A stretch of DNA of 64,000 bases, from assembly GCA_019058445.1 (NCBI GenBank), contig JAHPZA010000009.1:722355-786354 (forward strand), given 5' to 3'. The position numbers were made by a program, and so were the translations under genes. Origin of the DNA: Promethearchaeota archaeon (GTDB lineage Archaea > Asgardarchaeota > Lokiarchaeia > Sigyniarchaeales > SOKP01). A model generated the notes under the pieces. That model saw only the letters and a program-made list of their open reading frames with translations. It was not told the DNA's origin and made no database searches. Shown here piece by piece: positions 37,698 to 48,567 of the stretch (positions are counted from its first letter, which is position 1; each line of letters begins with the position of its first letter).

Positions 37698-39104
37698 ATG
37701 AATAGTGAAAGTGATAATGATATAATTGAACGGAAGATGGCTACTACAGGGAAAATGATATCTTGGTCTGTTGGTGATATCCCGGGTTATCATTTAGGAA
37801 CTGCCTATGCAATTTTTATTTTCTTTTTTTACGAAGTTGAAGTTGGCTTACCTACTGCATTAGTCGGTCTCGCTCTTATAATATTTGCCACCTGGAATGC
37901 AATAAATGATCCTATATTAGGTTATTTAACTGATAAACCCCGGAAATGGACAAAAAAATGGGGTATGCGATTTCCTTGGATTATGATAGGTGCTTTTCCT
38001 GCTCTACTCTTTTATTTTCTTATCTTCACTCCACAAATTGTTAATATCAATTCAAATCATTGGATAATCTTCTTATATTTGGTAATGATATTATGTCTTT
38101 TCGATTTATTTTACTCACTCTTTGATATACATTTAGTTGGATCTTTTACAATGCAATTTCGTTCTGATGAAGAACGCAGGAAGGCAGGTGAATATGATCA
38201 AATTATCCCTGGTTTGGGTATCATGGTATTAAGTATTATTCCGCCACTTATTATTGTATATGGAGATATTGAGTCATATTCTTTAGCAGCATTGATAGTA
38301 GTTTTAATCATGTTAGTTTGTGTTATCCTTTCTATTCCTGGTGTAAAGGAATCTGAAGAGTTGAAAGATATCTTTATTCAAGGATACGAATCTGCCGAAA
38401 AATTCTCATTTTTGAAAACATTAAAAATCGCGTTTAAACATAGAAGTTATGTGGTAGTAGCTATCTCAATCCTTCTGTTTGAAACGGCTTATACTTTATT
38501 TTTAGCATCCCAACTCTATTATTTCAGGGATATTTTAAGGTTACCCTATTCCAATGCGTTGTATTCAACTATAGCTACTTTTCTCGGTTTTATTATATCT
38601 ATACCTTTTTGGGCTTGGGTTGCCAAAAAAATTGGACATGCACAGACTTTTACTCTGGGTCTTCTCTTAACATCCGTGACTCTTGTACCACTATTATGGA
38701 TAGTAACTTTAGAAGGCTTCATTATATCCACTTTTATATGGGGTTTTGGTTTAGGAGCCTATTATGTGATGATTCTACCAATATTTGCGGATGTAAATGA
38801 TGAGGTCGCTCTTACTGCCGAAAAACGTCTCGAAGCAACTCTGACTGGAATTAGAGTTGTCTTTTCTCGCATAGCCATTATCTTCCAAGCTATTATTCTT
38901 GTATTGGTTCATATAGCTACAGGATATAATCCTGAGAGCTCTAAACAAACTACTTCGGCTGTTTGGGGAGTTCGCCTTCACATAGCATTGATTCCTTTAA
39001 TATTACTCTTTATAGCATTTTTAATAATGCTTATATGGTATGACTTAAAAGATGAGAAAAAAGAAAAGATATTTGCCCAGTTAAAAGAAAAAGGTCTTAA
39101 ATGA
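37698..39104 (+). CDS. GPH/MFS-type (glycoside-pentoside-hexuronide-like) cation symporter
   Basis: About 12 hydrophobic helices and the N-terminal motif NAINDPILGYLTDK typical of GPH carriers. Confidence 0.7.
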   Translation: MNSESDNDIIERKMATTGKMISWSVGDIPGYHLGTAYAIFIFFFYEVEVGLPTALVGLALIIFATWNAINDPILGYLTDKPRKWTKKWGMRFPWIMIGAFPALLFYFLIFTPQIVNINSNHWIIFLYLVMILCLFDLFYSLFDIHLVGSFTMQFRSDEERRKAGEYDQIIPGLGIMVLSIIPPLIIVYGDIESYSLAALIVVLIMLVCVILSIPGVKESEELKDIFIQGYESAEKFSFLKTLKIAFKHRSYVVVAISILLFETAYTLFLASQLYYFRDILRLPYSNALYSTIATFLGFIISIPFWAWVAKKIGHAQTFTLGLLLTSVTLVPLLWIVTLEGFIISTFIWGFGLGAYYVMILPIFADVNDEVALTAEKRLEATLTGIRVVFSRIAIIFQAIILVLVHIATGYNPESSKQTTSAVWGVRLHIALIPLILLFIAFLIMLIWYDLKDEKKEKIFAQLKEKGLK

Positions 39105-39315
39105 ACCTTTAATTTATTTATCATATTTTTTTTTATCAAAAATTTGCTTCTAATTCTGAATTTTCTCGATAAGTGAAAAATATAGAAATATTATAAGAGA
39201 TAATTAAGAGAAAATGAATTACAATTATATGAAAAGAAAACTTTAAATGTTAAAAGTTATTGTATTTTTGTAAGTAGTTTAAATGATTTAAATTTCGAAA
39301 TCTAAGTGATTTAAA

Positions 39316-40041
39316 ATGGAACTTGAAACAATTGAATATTGGCAAGGGACAACTTCTTTAATCTTTATAATAGTAATTTTTTTTGTAGGATTGCACTTTT
39401 TTTTAAAGTATTTTAAATTTCATGAGAAGAATTTAGCGTATGCGGGAATTTCTTGGATTGGAATTTCAATAACATTTTTACCTGAAGCAATTAATTTAAT
39501 AATGATTCTCTTCTTTAATTCTCATCTAAGCATAGAGGTATACTTCTTAATAGTCTTTGGTTTTCTTCCTTTCACATTGTTAGCGTGGCTAATTCTTATA
39601 ACAAATTTGATGTATAGAAACAAACAGAAATTATTATTAATTATCTATGTTTTAATTTTCGGAATCCTTGAAGTAGTTTTTTTCTATCTTCTATATAACG
39701 AGATAGAATATATCGGGAACTATTTAACATCCTTTAATATTAGATTTGGTTTATTCAGTCAAATTTACTTGCTTATTTCTATAATTACTTTTGAAATTCC
39801 AGGTTTTCTATTTGCTCACCGAGGGTTAAAATCAGATGATCCTGAAATAAAATTGAAAGGAAGATTTCTTTTATTGGCCTTAATTCTCTTTGCTGTTGCG
39901 GCAGTTCTAGAAGTAGTTGCACCCTGGACTGTAGTTGTTGTAATTTCTGTAAGAATTCTTTTGATATTAAGTTCTTTTGCGTTTTATTACGGCTTTGTGC
40001 TACCTAACTTTATCAAGAAACTCTTTTTAAACGTGGAATAA
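39316..40041 (+). CDS. Polytopic membrane protein, paralog of 14833-15552
   Basis: Same length and helix pattern. Shared motifs are DPEIKLKGRFLLL and AFYYGFVLPNFIK. Confidence 0.6.
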   Translation: MELETIEYWQGTTSLIFIIVIFFVGLHFFLKYFKFHEKNLAYAGISWIGISITFLPEAINLIMILFFNSHLSIEVYFLIVFGFLPFTLLAWLILITNLMYRNKQKLLLIIYVLIFGILEVVFFYLLYNEIEYIGNYLTSFNIRFGLFSQIYLLISIITFEIPGFLFAHRGLKSDDPEIKLKGRFLLLALILFAVAAVLEVVAPWTVVVVISVRILLILSSFAFYYGFVLPNFIKKLFLNVE

Positions 40042-40203
40042 TGCATATAACTATAGATTTTAAAGAAAAAAAATTATTATTATATTTTTTGAGTTTTATT
40101 TTTTTTTTTATATTGAATGAGGTCTAGTTTATCCTATGTGTTTTCTGTAGTGACTTCTTTTTCGATATTTAGAAGGTATAAAGATTTAGAAAAATATAAA
40201 AAA

Positions 40204-41367
40204 TCATTTCTCCTGTATTTTTAAGGCAATTAAATCAAGGATGTCAATAACTTTTATTTTATCTTGAATTTTAGATGCCATTTCGTTTAATGCATCGTTT
40301 AAATTACCTATGCAAAAGGGACAGCTAGATAATAATATTTCAGCACCGGTCTCAATCGCTTCTCTGATTCGATCTTTAGCATTATTTATAGCTAAGTCTG
40401 GAAATTGGCTCTTTACACCGCCTCCTGCTCCACAACAAAATGCATTTTTACGATTTCTTTTCATTTCAATTAAATCAATTCCAGGAATTTTAGAAATTAC
40501 TTCGCGAGGGACTTCAAAAAGATTCATATGTCGACCTAAATGACAGGGATCGTGGTATGTGACTTTAGTTTTCTCTTTTTCTTCAGTAAATGGTAATTTG
40601 TTAATTTTTAGTATTTCGACTAATAATTCTGTAATATGTTTTACTTCAAAAGGTAATTTTTCACCTAAAATTTCTGGATAGTCTTTTTTTAAAGTTCTAT
40701 AACACCCCGCACATGCGGTCATAACTGTCTTAGCCCCCATATCCTTAAATAGTTCAATATTATGTTTAGCTTGTTCCTCAGCAAATTTTATATCACCAAT
40801 TCTCAATCCTATGGAACCGCAACACCACTCATCTTTTGTGATTGCAATTTCCTTTCCAGCAGCATGTAATATTTTTATCATATTTTTCAAAGTGCTTGGA
40901 GATCTAAGGGGCATCGTACAACCTCCAAAGAAAACTAATTCACCCTTATCTTTTATATTGGAAAATTCTGTAGTCCATTCATATTTTTTAGTTTTTTCCT
41001 CTCCATAAGGATTCCTCATATGATCGTGCTTCATATATTCAACTAATTTTTTATGTCTTTCCAACGGTGCGAATCCGTTTTTTACTAAATCTTTTCTAAA
41101 AGCTTCATAAATATCTGTAGTAGGGACTCCTGCCTCGCACATGTCTTTACAATATCCACAAGTAGTACAACTATATATCACATCTGCAATTTCTTTATTC
41201 AGTTTAAGATCACCATTTAATATTCCTTGAATGAGATACATACGCCCACGTGCAAAGTAAGTTTCAAATCTCATTTGTTCCCAGCTAGGGCACCCTTCTC
41301 GACAAAAAGCGCAACGTTCTAAAGTGCAATATTCAATTTCAGTTTTATATTTTTCAATTTGCATCAT
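40204..41367 (-). CDS. (Fe-S)-binding CCG-domain oxidoreductase subunit (GlcF/LutA-like)
   Basis: Cys motifs CAFCREGCPS and CTTCGYCKDMC, followed by two CCG-type regions (CAGCYRTL, CCGAGGG ... CPFC). Confidence 0.75.
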   Translation of the reverse strand: MMQIEKYKTEIEYCTLERCAFCREGCPSWEQMRFETYFARGRMYLIQGILNGDLKLNKEIADVIYSCTTCGYCKDMCEAGVPTTDIYEAFRKDLVKNGFAPLERHKKLVEYMKHDHMRNPYGEEKTKKYEWTTEFSNIKDKGELVFFGGCTMPLRSPSTLKNMIKILHAAGKEIAITKDEWCCGSIGLRIGDIKFAEEQAKHNIELFKDMGAKTVMTACAGCYRTLKKDYPEILGEKLPFEVKHITELLVEILKINKLPFTEEKEKTKVTYHDPCHLGRHMNLFEVPREVISKIPGIDLIEMKRNRKNAFCCGAGGGVKSQFPDLAINNAKDRIREAIETGAEILLSSCPFCIGNLNDALNEMASKIQDKIKVIDILDLIALKIQEK

Positions 41368-41371
41368 TATA

Positions 41372-42751
41372 TCACTTTATATCAATTTGTTTTCCTGGAT
41401 TTAGAATATTATTTGGATCTAGAGCTTGTTTTATCTTTTTCATAATATCAATTCCCCAAATTCCATGTTCTTTTTCCATATATCGCTTAAAAGCAAGCCC
41501 TACGCCGTGGACGGTTTCCATTGTTCCGCCAAATTTATGCACTTCCTCAACAAGCTCTCTATGAGCCTTTATGGCTGATTCTCCTTGTTCAGGAGTAAAC
41601 ATAATACCTATGAAAAAATCACCTGGATGATCCCAGATACCTACATATAAAACATTAATATTATACTTTCGACATATTTCAAGAGATTTGCTACGAAATT
41701 CTTTAACAAAAGGTACAGGAAGCCCAACATTTAAATCCCAACCGTGATATTTTACATAATTATCTAGACCTAATCTTTTCGCCAATTTTTGAAAACCAAT
41801 ATGACGTTCTTCCCATTTCTTTTTTACAGAACGTGCTCTATTTTCTCGTCCACCATTTTTTTCACAGAGCCCTTTTAACATTTTAGTTTGGAGATCTACA
41901 ATTTCTTCGATACCTTCAAACACTATTTGTAGTGTTGCAGGTGTATTGGACGTTCTGGGTAATTCTTCTTCAAGTTCTAAAGAAGCAGGATATAATCCTT
42001 TTTTAAATAAGTTGACTACAGTTTCAAAACCTTTATTAAAATTTTCAAATGTAAAACCCAAAATATTACGCTTTTCATATAAAGGGAATGCTTTAATCAC
42101 GGCTTCAGTAATTACTCCAAAAATTCCTTCAGTTCCTATAAAAAGCCTATTCAAATCTAAACCCATTGAAGATTTATGTATTGCTCTTGTTCGGATTAAA
42201 TTTCCTGTAGGAAGTACAACTTCTAACCCTAATACTTGTTCTCCCATACTTTTATATTTTGTAGCACGATATCCAACTGAATTCGTGGAAATGCATCCCC
42301 CTACTGTAGCTGATGGTCTACTCCATGGATCATGTCCCAATATTAAATTTTTTTTTTTTAATTCATTATTTAAAAATTCTAAATTAATACCAGGTTGAAC
42401 TCGTACACTCATATCATCCTCATTAATTTCAAGAATTTTATTCATAGATTTCATGTCTAATAAAATACCCCCATAATGAGGAATAGCAGCTCCTAATAAT
42501 CCAGTGCCTCCCGAATAAGGAGTTATGGGAATTTTCTGTTTATTAGCAAGTTTAAATATTTTTACTATTTGTTCAGTATTTTCAGGCTTCACAACGATAT
42601 CAGGAGAATGTTCAATAGTTTTTTTGAATTCAAAACTTCTATAAATGACTCCCCAATCTTTTCTATATGAATAAAGAATGAAGTCCTTAATAGAAGCATT
42701 TTCTATAGGAACAATTCTTACTATTTCGTTAAAAAGATCTGTTTTTTCCAT
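41372..42751 (-). CDS. FAD-linked oxidase (GlcD / D-lactate dehydrogenase-like)
   Basis: FAD-binding PCMH-type pattern ITPYSGGTGLLGAAIP and C-terminal HGVGLAF ... LDPNNILNPGK. It ends 4 nt upstream of the Fe-S subunit gene. Confidence 0.8.
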   Translation of the reverse strand: MEKTDLFNEIVRIVPIENASIKDFILYSYRKDWGVIYRSFEFKKTIEHSPDIVVKPENTEQIVKIFKLANKQKIPITPYSGGTGLLGAAIPHYGGILLDMKSMNKILEINEDDMSVRVQPGINLEFLNNELKKKNLILGHDPWSRPSATVGGCISTNSVGYRATKYKSMGEQVLGLEVVLPTGNLIRTRAIHKSSMGLDLNRLFIGTEGIFGVITEAVIKAFPLYEKRNILGFTFENFNKGFETVVNLFKKGLYPASLELEEELPRTSNTPATLQIVFEGIEEIVDLQTKMLKGLCEKNGGRENRARSVKKKWEERHIGFQKLAKRLGLDNYVKYHGWDLNVGLPVPFVKEFRSKSLEICRKYNINVLYVGIWDHPGDFFIGIMFTPEQGESAIKAHRELVEEVHKFGGTMETVHGVGLAFKRYMEKEHGIWGIDIMKKIKQALDPNNILNPGKQIDIK

Positions 42752-42958
42752 TTAAATCACAAATAAGGATTTTTATATATTTAATATTCTATTATCAATC
42801 TTTTATATCTTAATCAGTCATAATAGTGAATATAATTAATAATATTGATTCTCACCTTTTATTTTTTCTACATTTAAATTATGTATTTGAAAAAATTGAG
42901 TTTGCATTATAAATCTGGACTTATGGTTAAATTCTTTTAATTGATATTATCATGATAT

Positions 42959-43981
42959 TTATAGCAAATTATATTTCGCTTTTAATTCCGTATAAGTTTC
43001 ACCAATAACTCGCCACACTTCCTTTGGATTTCTACTAGCAACAGATGTCCCTTCAGCACCCCTATAACACCATGAAAAAATTGAATCTACTTTATAATCA
43101 TCAAAAATTTTAATTGCTTTTTTCAATTCAATTTCTTTTTTTCTTGGAATTAGAAATGCTAAACACCATAATTGTGATTCAAGGTTATATTTCGTTGCTA
43201 AATCAACTGTTATTTTGGTATATTTTTCAACATAATCCAAGGATTTTCTATATAATAACCAGTATGGATCGGAGCTGAAGACGTCAATTGTATCTTTTAA
43301 AATCGCGCAACATCGATTCCAATCTTGTATACCTGTTACTTCTGGAGGGGGAAGTAAACAAACTGTTATTTTTTTTGTAGGATCTATCTCTTTAACTTGT
43401 ATTGAAATTTCTTTTAAAAAATTGATAATCATATCTTCTTTAAATTTGATTATATCGTCTGTCAATACTATAGGCATATTTTTTTTATAAAAATCAGTAA
43501 ATATCTCTTGGCATGTTTTACATCTGCAGGTAAAATATTCCGCGGTTGGAGGTGTATAATAATAATGAGGCTCATCCCAGAAAAATCCATCAATAAAATC
43601 TTTTTTTGCCAGAATTTTAATGGCATCAAATATATACTTCTGAAATTCAGGTTTATTAAAACATGCCGCTGGAACCTTTACTCCAGTTGTAGAGATTTCT
43701 TGCCTATATTTATGATTATTATGAAGAAAAAATGAGGGAGCTTCACCACCAAATATTCCACCCCACGCCCAAAAATTTATATAAACTGTGAAATCAAATT
43801 CTTTTGCTATTTGGCAAATACTAAAAACATTTTTTTTCCATTCAATCCAATCATATTCAGACATTGCAATTAATATTGAATTGCATCCATGTTCACTCAT
43901 TTCTTCAATATCTTGACGAGCTCTGTCAGGAAATAGATTGCCATAATATGCCACACCCAACTCTTTTACCATTTTATACAC
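42959..43981 (-). CDS. Hypothetical protein, possibly TIM-barrel glycoside-hydrolase-like
   Basis: A 340-aa ORF with alternating beta/alpha-looking segments and the motif FFWDEPHYY. The call is weak. Confidence 0.3.
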   Translation of the reverse strand: MYKMVKELGVAYYGNLFPDRARQDIEEMSEHGCNSILIAMSEYDWIEWKKNVFSICQIAKEFDFTVYINFWAWGGIFGGEAPSFFLHNNHKYRQEISTTGVKVPAACFNKPEFQKYIFDAIKILAKKDFIDGFFWDEPHYYYTPPTAEYFTCRCKTCQEIFTDFYKKNMPIVLTDDIIKFKEDMIINFLKEISIQVKEIDPTKKITVCLLPPPEVTGIQDWNRCCAILKDTIDVFSSDPYWLLYRKSLDYVEKYTKITVDLATKYNLESQLWCLAFLIPRKKEIELKKAIKIFDDYKVDSIFSWCYRGAEGTSVASRNPKEVWRVIGETYTELKAKYNLL

Positions 43982-44244
43982 CAGATTTACAATGCTTTGA
44001 TATAATTCAAAAATGTGGTTGTTTATTATTATAACAGTAAATATTTTAAAGAATTTAAGTAAAATTATTTGTAAAGCTTTATTTATAGCATGATTATGGA
44101 TATACCAAAAATTAAAAATTCAAATAGATGAGTCATTTTCACTTAAATTAATTTTTAAAAAAATCTGATACTAAATCCTAATTTTAAAACTTAAATAATT
44201 ACTTAATTATTTAATAAAAAATAAATTCGATTTGAAATATAAAA

Positions 44245-45636
44245 ATGAAAATTGCCATATTAAATGGAAGTCCGAAAGGAGATCAAAGTGTTACAATGCA
44301 ATACATATTGTATGTAAAGAAGAAAATTCCGGAGCATGAGTATAACATTTTAAATGTAGCTCAACAAATAAAAAGGCTTGAAAAAAACGATGCCGCTTTT
44401 CAAGAAATTTTGGATGCGATCAGAGATTCAGATGCGGTTATTTGGGGTTTTCCTTTATATGTCATGGTTATTGCTTCCCAGTTTAAACGGTTTATTGAAC
44501 TTATTTTTGAGAAAAAGGCTACGAGCTATTTTAATGATAAATATACCATGTTGTTATTGACTTCAATTCACTTTTTTGACCATACCGCTGAAAATTATAT
44601 GCATGGAATTTGCGATGATCTGGGAATGAAATTTGTGGATTTTTATTCCGCAGATAGTTGGGATCTATTATATCCTAAAAGAAGAGCGATGTGGCTAAAA
44701 ATAGCTGAAAATTTCTTTGAAGCAGTCGAAAAGAAGATTCCAACTACGAGACAATTCCCTCCGATCCACTTAAGGGAATTTGAATATAATCCAGAAAAAT
44801 TCAAAAATGGAGAAAAAAAAGTAGATCCTGAAGATAAAAAAATTCTTATTATTACTGATTCTATAGATGATAATAAAAATCTGGGAAAAATGATCAAAAA
44901 GTTCCAATCTTGTTTTTCCAAGAACATAGAAATAATCAATATTCATGATGTAGATATTCTGGGAGGATGCATAGGCTGCGGTAAATGTGGATATAATCAT
45001 GAATGCTCATATACGGGAAAAGATGGATATCAAGAATTTTGGGAAGAAAGTGTAATGAAGGCTGACGTATTGATATTTGCAGGAACTATAAAGGATAGGT
45101 TCTTATCTTCAAGATGGAAAATGGTGTATGACAGAGCTTTTTATAACACCCACACTCCAACTTTAATTGGAAAACAGTTAGGGTATATAGTTTCCGGGCC
45201 TTTTAGTCAAATCCCTAATCTAAAAGAAATGATGCAAGCACATGTAGAAATCCAAATGTCAAATCTCGTAGGGTTTGTAACAGATGAGTATGGAGATTCC
45301 GCTGAAATAGATGCCCTACTATATGATCTTGCTCGACGATTAATTAAATTTGCGCAAATGAATCTCATAAAACCTCAGACTTTTCTTGGAGTGGGAGGTT
45401 TTAAAATATTTAGAGATGATGTATATGGACGTAATCGTTTCGTATTCTTAGCGGACCATAAATGGTATGAAGAACATGGGGTGTATGATTCCTTTCCTCA
45501 AAATGATCAGAGAGCGATTGAAATGAATAAGAAACTGATTCCTTTAATACAAATTGACAAAATTAGAAATAAAATGGACTTTAGAATAGAATTTTTAAAA
45601 CCTTTTAAGAAAGTAATCACTGATCCAAATAAATAA
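44245..45636 (+). CDS. Two-module flavoprotein: NAD(P)H-FMN-reductase-like module plus iron-sulfur-flavoprotein (Isf)-like module
   Basis: The N-terminus is MKIAILNGSPKG ... VIWGFPLY. The second module begins KILIITDS and carries the compact motif CIGCGKCGYNHEC (CX2CX2CX5C). Confidence 0.6.
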   Translation: MKIAILNGSPKGDQSVTMQYILYVKKKIPEHEYNILNVAQQIKRLEKNDAAFQEILDAIRDSDAVIWGFPLYVMVIASQFKRFIELIFEKKATSYFNDKYTMLLLTSIHFFDHTAENYMHGICDDLGMKFVDFYSADSWDLLYPKRRAMWLKIAENFFEAVEKKIPTTRQFPPIHLREFEYNPEKFKNGEKKVDPEDKKILIITDSIDDNKNLGKMIKKFQSCFSKNIEIINIHDVDILGGCIGCGKCGYNHECSYTGKDGYQEFWEESVMKADVLIFAGTIKDRFLSSRWKMVYDRAFYNTHTPTLIGKQLGYIVSGPFSQIPNLKEMMQAHVEIQMSNLVGFVTDEYGDSAEIDALLYDLARRLIKFAQMNLIKPQTFLGVGGFKIFRDDVYGRNRFVFLADHKWYEEHGVYDSFPQNDQRAIEMNKKLIPLIQIDKIRNKMDFRIEFLKPFKKVITDPNK

Positions 45637-45665
45637 AATTAAAAAAACCAAATTGAGATATAAAA

Positions 45666-47063
45666 ATGAAAATTGCTGTATTAAATGGAAGTCCTAAAGG
45701 TAACCTAAGCGTTACTATGCAATACATTCTCTATATTCAAAAAAAATTCCCCCAACATGAACTTAAAATCCTAAATGTTGCACAACAAATCAAAACACTT
45801 GAAAAAGATCAAGAAAAGTTTCAGGAGGTTATTGAAGTAATTAAGGCTTCTGAAGGGGTAATATGGGGTTTTCCTTTATATGTTACGTTAGTCTCATCTC
45901 AGTACAAACACTTCATTGAACTTATTAGTGAAAAAGGCGTAGAAGATGCCTTTAAAGATAAATATGCCGCTTTAGTATGCACGTCCATTCATTTCTATGA
46001 TCATACTGCTGTGAACTATATCAATGCAATCAGTGATGATTTAGAAATGAGATTTGTAGGATTCTATTCCGCAGAAATGATGGATTTAATGGAAGAGGAG
46101 CAAAGAGAAAACCTAGTTTCATTTGCTAAAGATTTTTTTTATACAATTGAAAACAAGTTATCAACAACAAGGAGATATCCCCCTCTAAAATTACGAGAGT
46201 ATAAATACACACCAAGTGGACTTATAAACGATAAAGAAAAAATTCATGCGAATGGGAAGAAAATTTCAATTATTACTGACTTGACAGATGAAGAATCTAA
46301 CTTAGCAAAAATGATTAAATCATTTCAGGATTGTTTTTCAAGTAATGTTGAAATAATTAATGTGAATGATGTAGATATTAAGGGAGGTTGTTTAGGATGT
46401 TGCCAGTGTGCGTATGATAACCAATGCATATATAGGGATAAAGATGGATTTACAGAATTCTATAATACAAAAGTTAAAACGCCGGATATAATTATCCGGG
46501 CTTTAACGATAAAAGACAGATATTTTTCTTCTAGATGGAAATTAGTGCTTGATAGGAGCTTTTTTAACGGTCATGTTCCGACGATAATCGGGAGACAAAT
46601 CGGCTATATTATTTCAGGTCCGCTGGGACAAATACCTAACCTGAGACAAATCATTTACGGGATGACTGAACTTGCAGATAACAATCTGGTTGACATTGTT
46701 ACGGATGAATATGGAGAATCACGGGACATTGATCAAATGCTTTATAATTTAGCAGAAAGGGTAGTAAGACTCTCAAATTCTAATTATATTAGTCCGGGGA
46801 CTTATCTTGCTGTAGGGGGGAGAAAAATATTCCGAGATGCCATTTATGGTAGAATGCGCTTTGTTTTTCAAGCTGATCATCGGTATTATGAAGAACATGG
46901 ATTATATGATTTCCCACAAGACGATGAACAAGCCAAGAAGATGAATGATATGTTTATCCCCTTGATTAATAAAGATGAGAAATTTAGAAAAATGTTTTAT
47001 TCGAGAACCACAACGGAAATGGTAAAACCATTGCAGGAGATAGTGAAAAATCCTAAAAAATAG
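45666..47063 (+). CDS. Two-module flavoprotein, tandem paralog of 44245-45636
   Basis: MKIAVLNGSPKG ... VIWGFPLY ... CLGCCQCAYDNQC. Collinear with the neighbour. Confidence 0.6.
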   Translation: MKIAVLNGSPKGNLSVTMQYILYIQKKFPQHELKILNVAQQIKTLEKDQEKFQEVIEVIKASEGVIWGFPLYVTLVSSQYKHFIELISEKGVEDAFKDKYAALVCTSIHFYDHTAVNYINAISDDLEMRFVGFYSAEMMDLMEEEQRENLVSFAKDFFYTIENKLSTTRRYPPLKLREYKYTPSGLINDKEKIHANGKKISIITDLTDEESNLAKMIKSFQDCFSSNVEIINVNDVDIKGGCLGCCQCAYDNQCIYRDKDGFTEFYNTKVKTPDIIIRALTIKDRYFSSRWKLVLDRSFFNGHVPTIIGRQIGYIISGPLGQIPNLRQIIYGMTELADNNLVDIVTDEYGESRDIDQMLYNLAERVVRLSNSNYISPGTYLAVGGRKIFRDAIYGRMRFVFQADHRYYEEHGLYDFPQDDEQAKKMNDMFIPLINKDEKFRKMFYSRTTTEMVKPLQEIVKNPKK

Positions 47064-47096
47064 AGTGGTTATAAATTAAATAAATCAGGGATTCAA

Positions 47097-47285
47097 ATGG
47101 TTTGGGGTGGAGCTTTTGATGAAAAAGGATCCGACTATATTAGAAATTTAGTACAGGCTGAAAAAACGATAAAATTCCTCGAAAAATTTAAAGAAGAAGT
47201 AAATCAGGATGAGAAAGAATGCCTATTAAAGACCATAGATATTATAGTAAACCACTTTTCAAAAAATAGAAATGAAGAACCTTAG
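47097..47285 (+). CDS. Small hypothetical protein (uncertain)
   Basis: A 62-aa ORF with charged, helical-looking composition. No other support. Confidence 0.25.
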   Translation: MVWGGAFDEKGSDYIRNLVQAEKTIKFLEKFKEEVNQDEKECLLKTIDIIVNHFSKNRNEEP

Positions 47286-47290
47286 ATTAT

Positions 47291-47860
47291 TTATATTTTT
47301 TTTATTATTTCTTTTATAATATTAATAAGATTATCAGCTACTTTTTTTATTGTATCTGTGAGTTGAAAGTCAAAAAAAGGTAAATCTTCATTCTCACTTT
47401 TATCATCAATGGAAAATTCATCGTTTTTATACAAAACCAATTCTTTAAATCCCTCAAGGCTTTCTGGAACAATACCTATCATAAACACGGATAAATTTTG
47501 AAGTCTCTCAACAATTAAATCCACAACAATATGAACAGGGATAGTATGAGTAGAAATAGGAATATAATCACATAAATTTTCACGTTCTAATATTGCTACG
47601 GTTCCTGGTGGCCCGCTTAAAGTACACGTATCTAAAATTACTAAGTGCGATGGATTAAATTCTATAACCTGATCAATTCTCGCCATAGGGTCTATATTTG
47701 CATTCATAAATAAAAATCGTTCATTAGAATAATCTAGAAGTTCAGTAACTATATAAGACCCTACTCCATCATCACTCATTTTTTCCTCGCCAATTCCCAT
47801 GAACACTATTTTGGTGGCACCATTTAAGCGGCTCAATAATTTTTCAAGTATCTCTTTCAT
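47291..47860 (-). CDS. Hydrogenase maturation endopeptidase-like protein (HycI/FrhD family)
   Basis: IVFMGIGEEKMSDDGVGSYI, then ILDTC, then STHTIP. This matches the Asp/Asp/His metal-site spacing of hydrogenase maturation proteases. It has an extra C-terminal tail. Confidence 0.55.
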   Translation of the reverse strand: MKEILEKLLSRLNGATKIVFMGIGEEKMSDDGVGSYIVTELLDYSNERFLFMNANIDPMARIDQVIEFNPSHLVILDTCTLSGPPGTVAILERENLCDYIPISTHTIPVHIVVDLIVERLQNLSVFMIGIVPESLEGFKELVLYKNDEFSIDDKSENEDLPFFDFQLTDTIKKVADNLINIIKEIIKKI

Positions 47861-47958
47861 AGTTATAGTAGAAAGGAATAGAAAATAAATTAATATTTCC
47901 TCTTCCTCCAGAAAACGGTAAAATTCATTAATTAGAGAAGATTTTAATTAAATAGGAA

Positions 47959-48567
47959 ATGACGGAAAAACCGATTGAAAAGAGTCAAATAGAAGGAATT
48001 ATAGAAGGTAATAAAGTTATTATTTCTGATAAAGAAGGAATTGAAGATTTCTATAAAACTTCATATATTGGAACACTTGAAAAAGATACGAATAATCAGG
48101 ATATATTGATTTTAGAGCCAATGGAAGTCCTTCTTTTATGCGAGAGGCGAAGAATATTATTATGGGAAAACAATGATAAAAATAAAGCTCAATATGATTT
48201 CGAAAAACTCTTAGAATATTTCACTCAAAATGATGATAGATTATGGCATAAATATATCATCTATATGGACTTACGAAAAAGAGGTTACATCGTTAGAACT
48301 GGTTATGGTGATGGCATAGAATTCCGCGTGTTCAAAAGAGGTGCTAACTTTGAAGAAGATTCTGCCAAATTTTTAATATATCCCGTGTATGAGGGGAGTC
48401 CTATAGAATTGAAAGATTTAGATAGGATCTCCAGAGTTGCGATGAGTTCTCGCAAAGATCTTATAGTAGCTACTGTTGATAGGTTAAGTAAACCAATATA
48501 TTACAGTGTGAAAAAATTCCAAATATTAAACATTGAAGGTAGTGAAAAAAAACAAAATGCAAGATAA
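47959..48567 (+). CDS. endA: tRNA-splicing endonuclease family protein, apparently lacking catalytic Tyr and His
   Basis: YIIYMDLRKRGYIVRTGYGDGIEFRVFKRGANFEEDSAKFLIYPV ... RVAMSSRKDLIVATVD aligns by eye with M. jannaschii EndA [44 protein letters not shown] ... RVAHSVRKKLLIAIVD. Confidence 0.7.
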   Translation: MTEKPIEKSQIEGIIEGNKVIISDKEGIEDFYKTSYIGTLEKDTNNQDILILEPMEVLLLCERRRILLWENNDKNKAQYDFEKLLEYFTQNDDRLWHKYIIYMDLRKRGYIVRTGYGDGIEFRVFKRGANFEEDSAKFLIYPVYEGSPIELKDLDRISRVAMSSRKDLIVATVDRLSKPIYYSVKKFQILNIEGSEKKQNAR

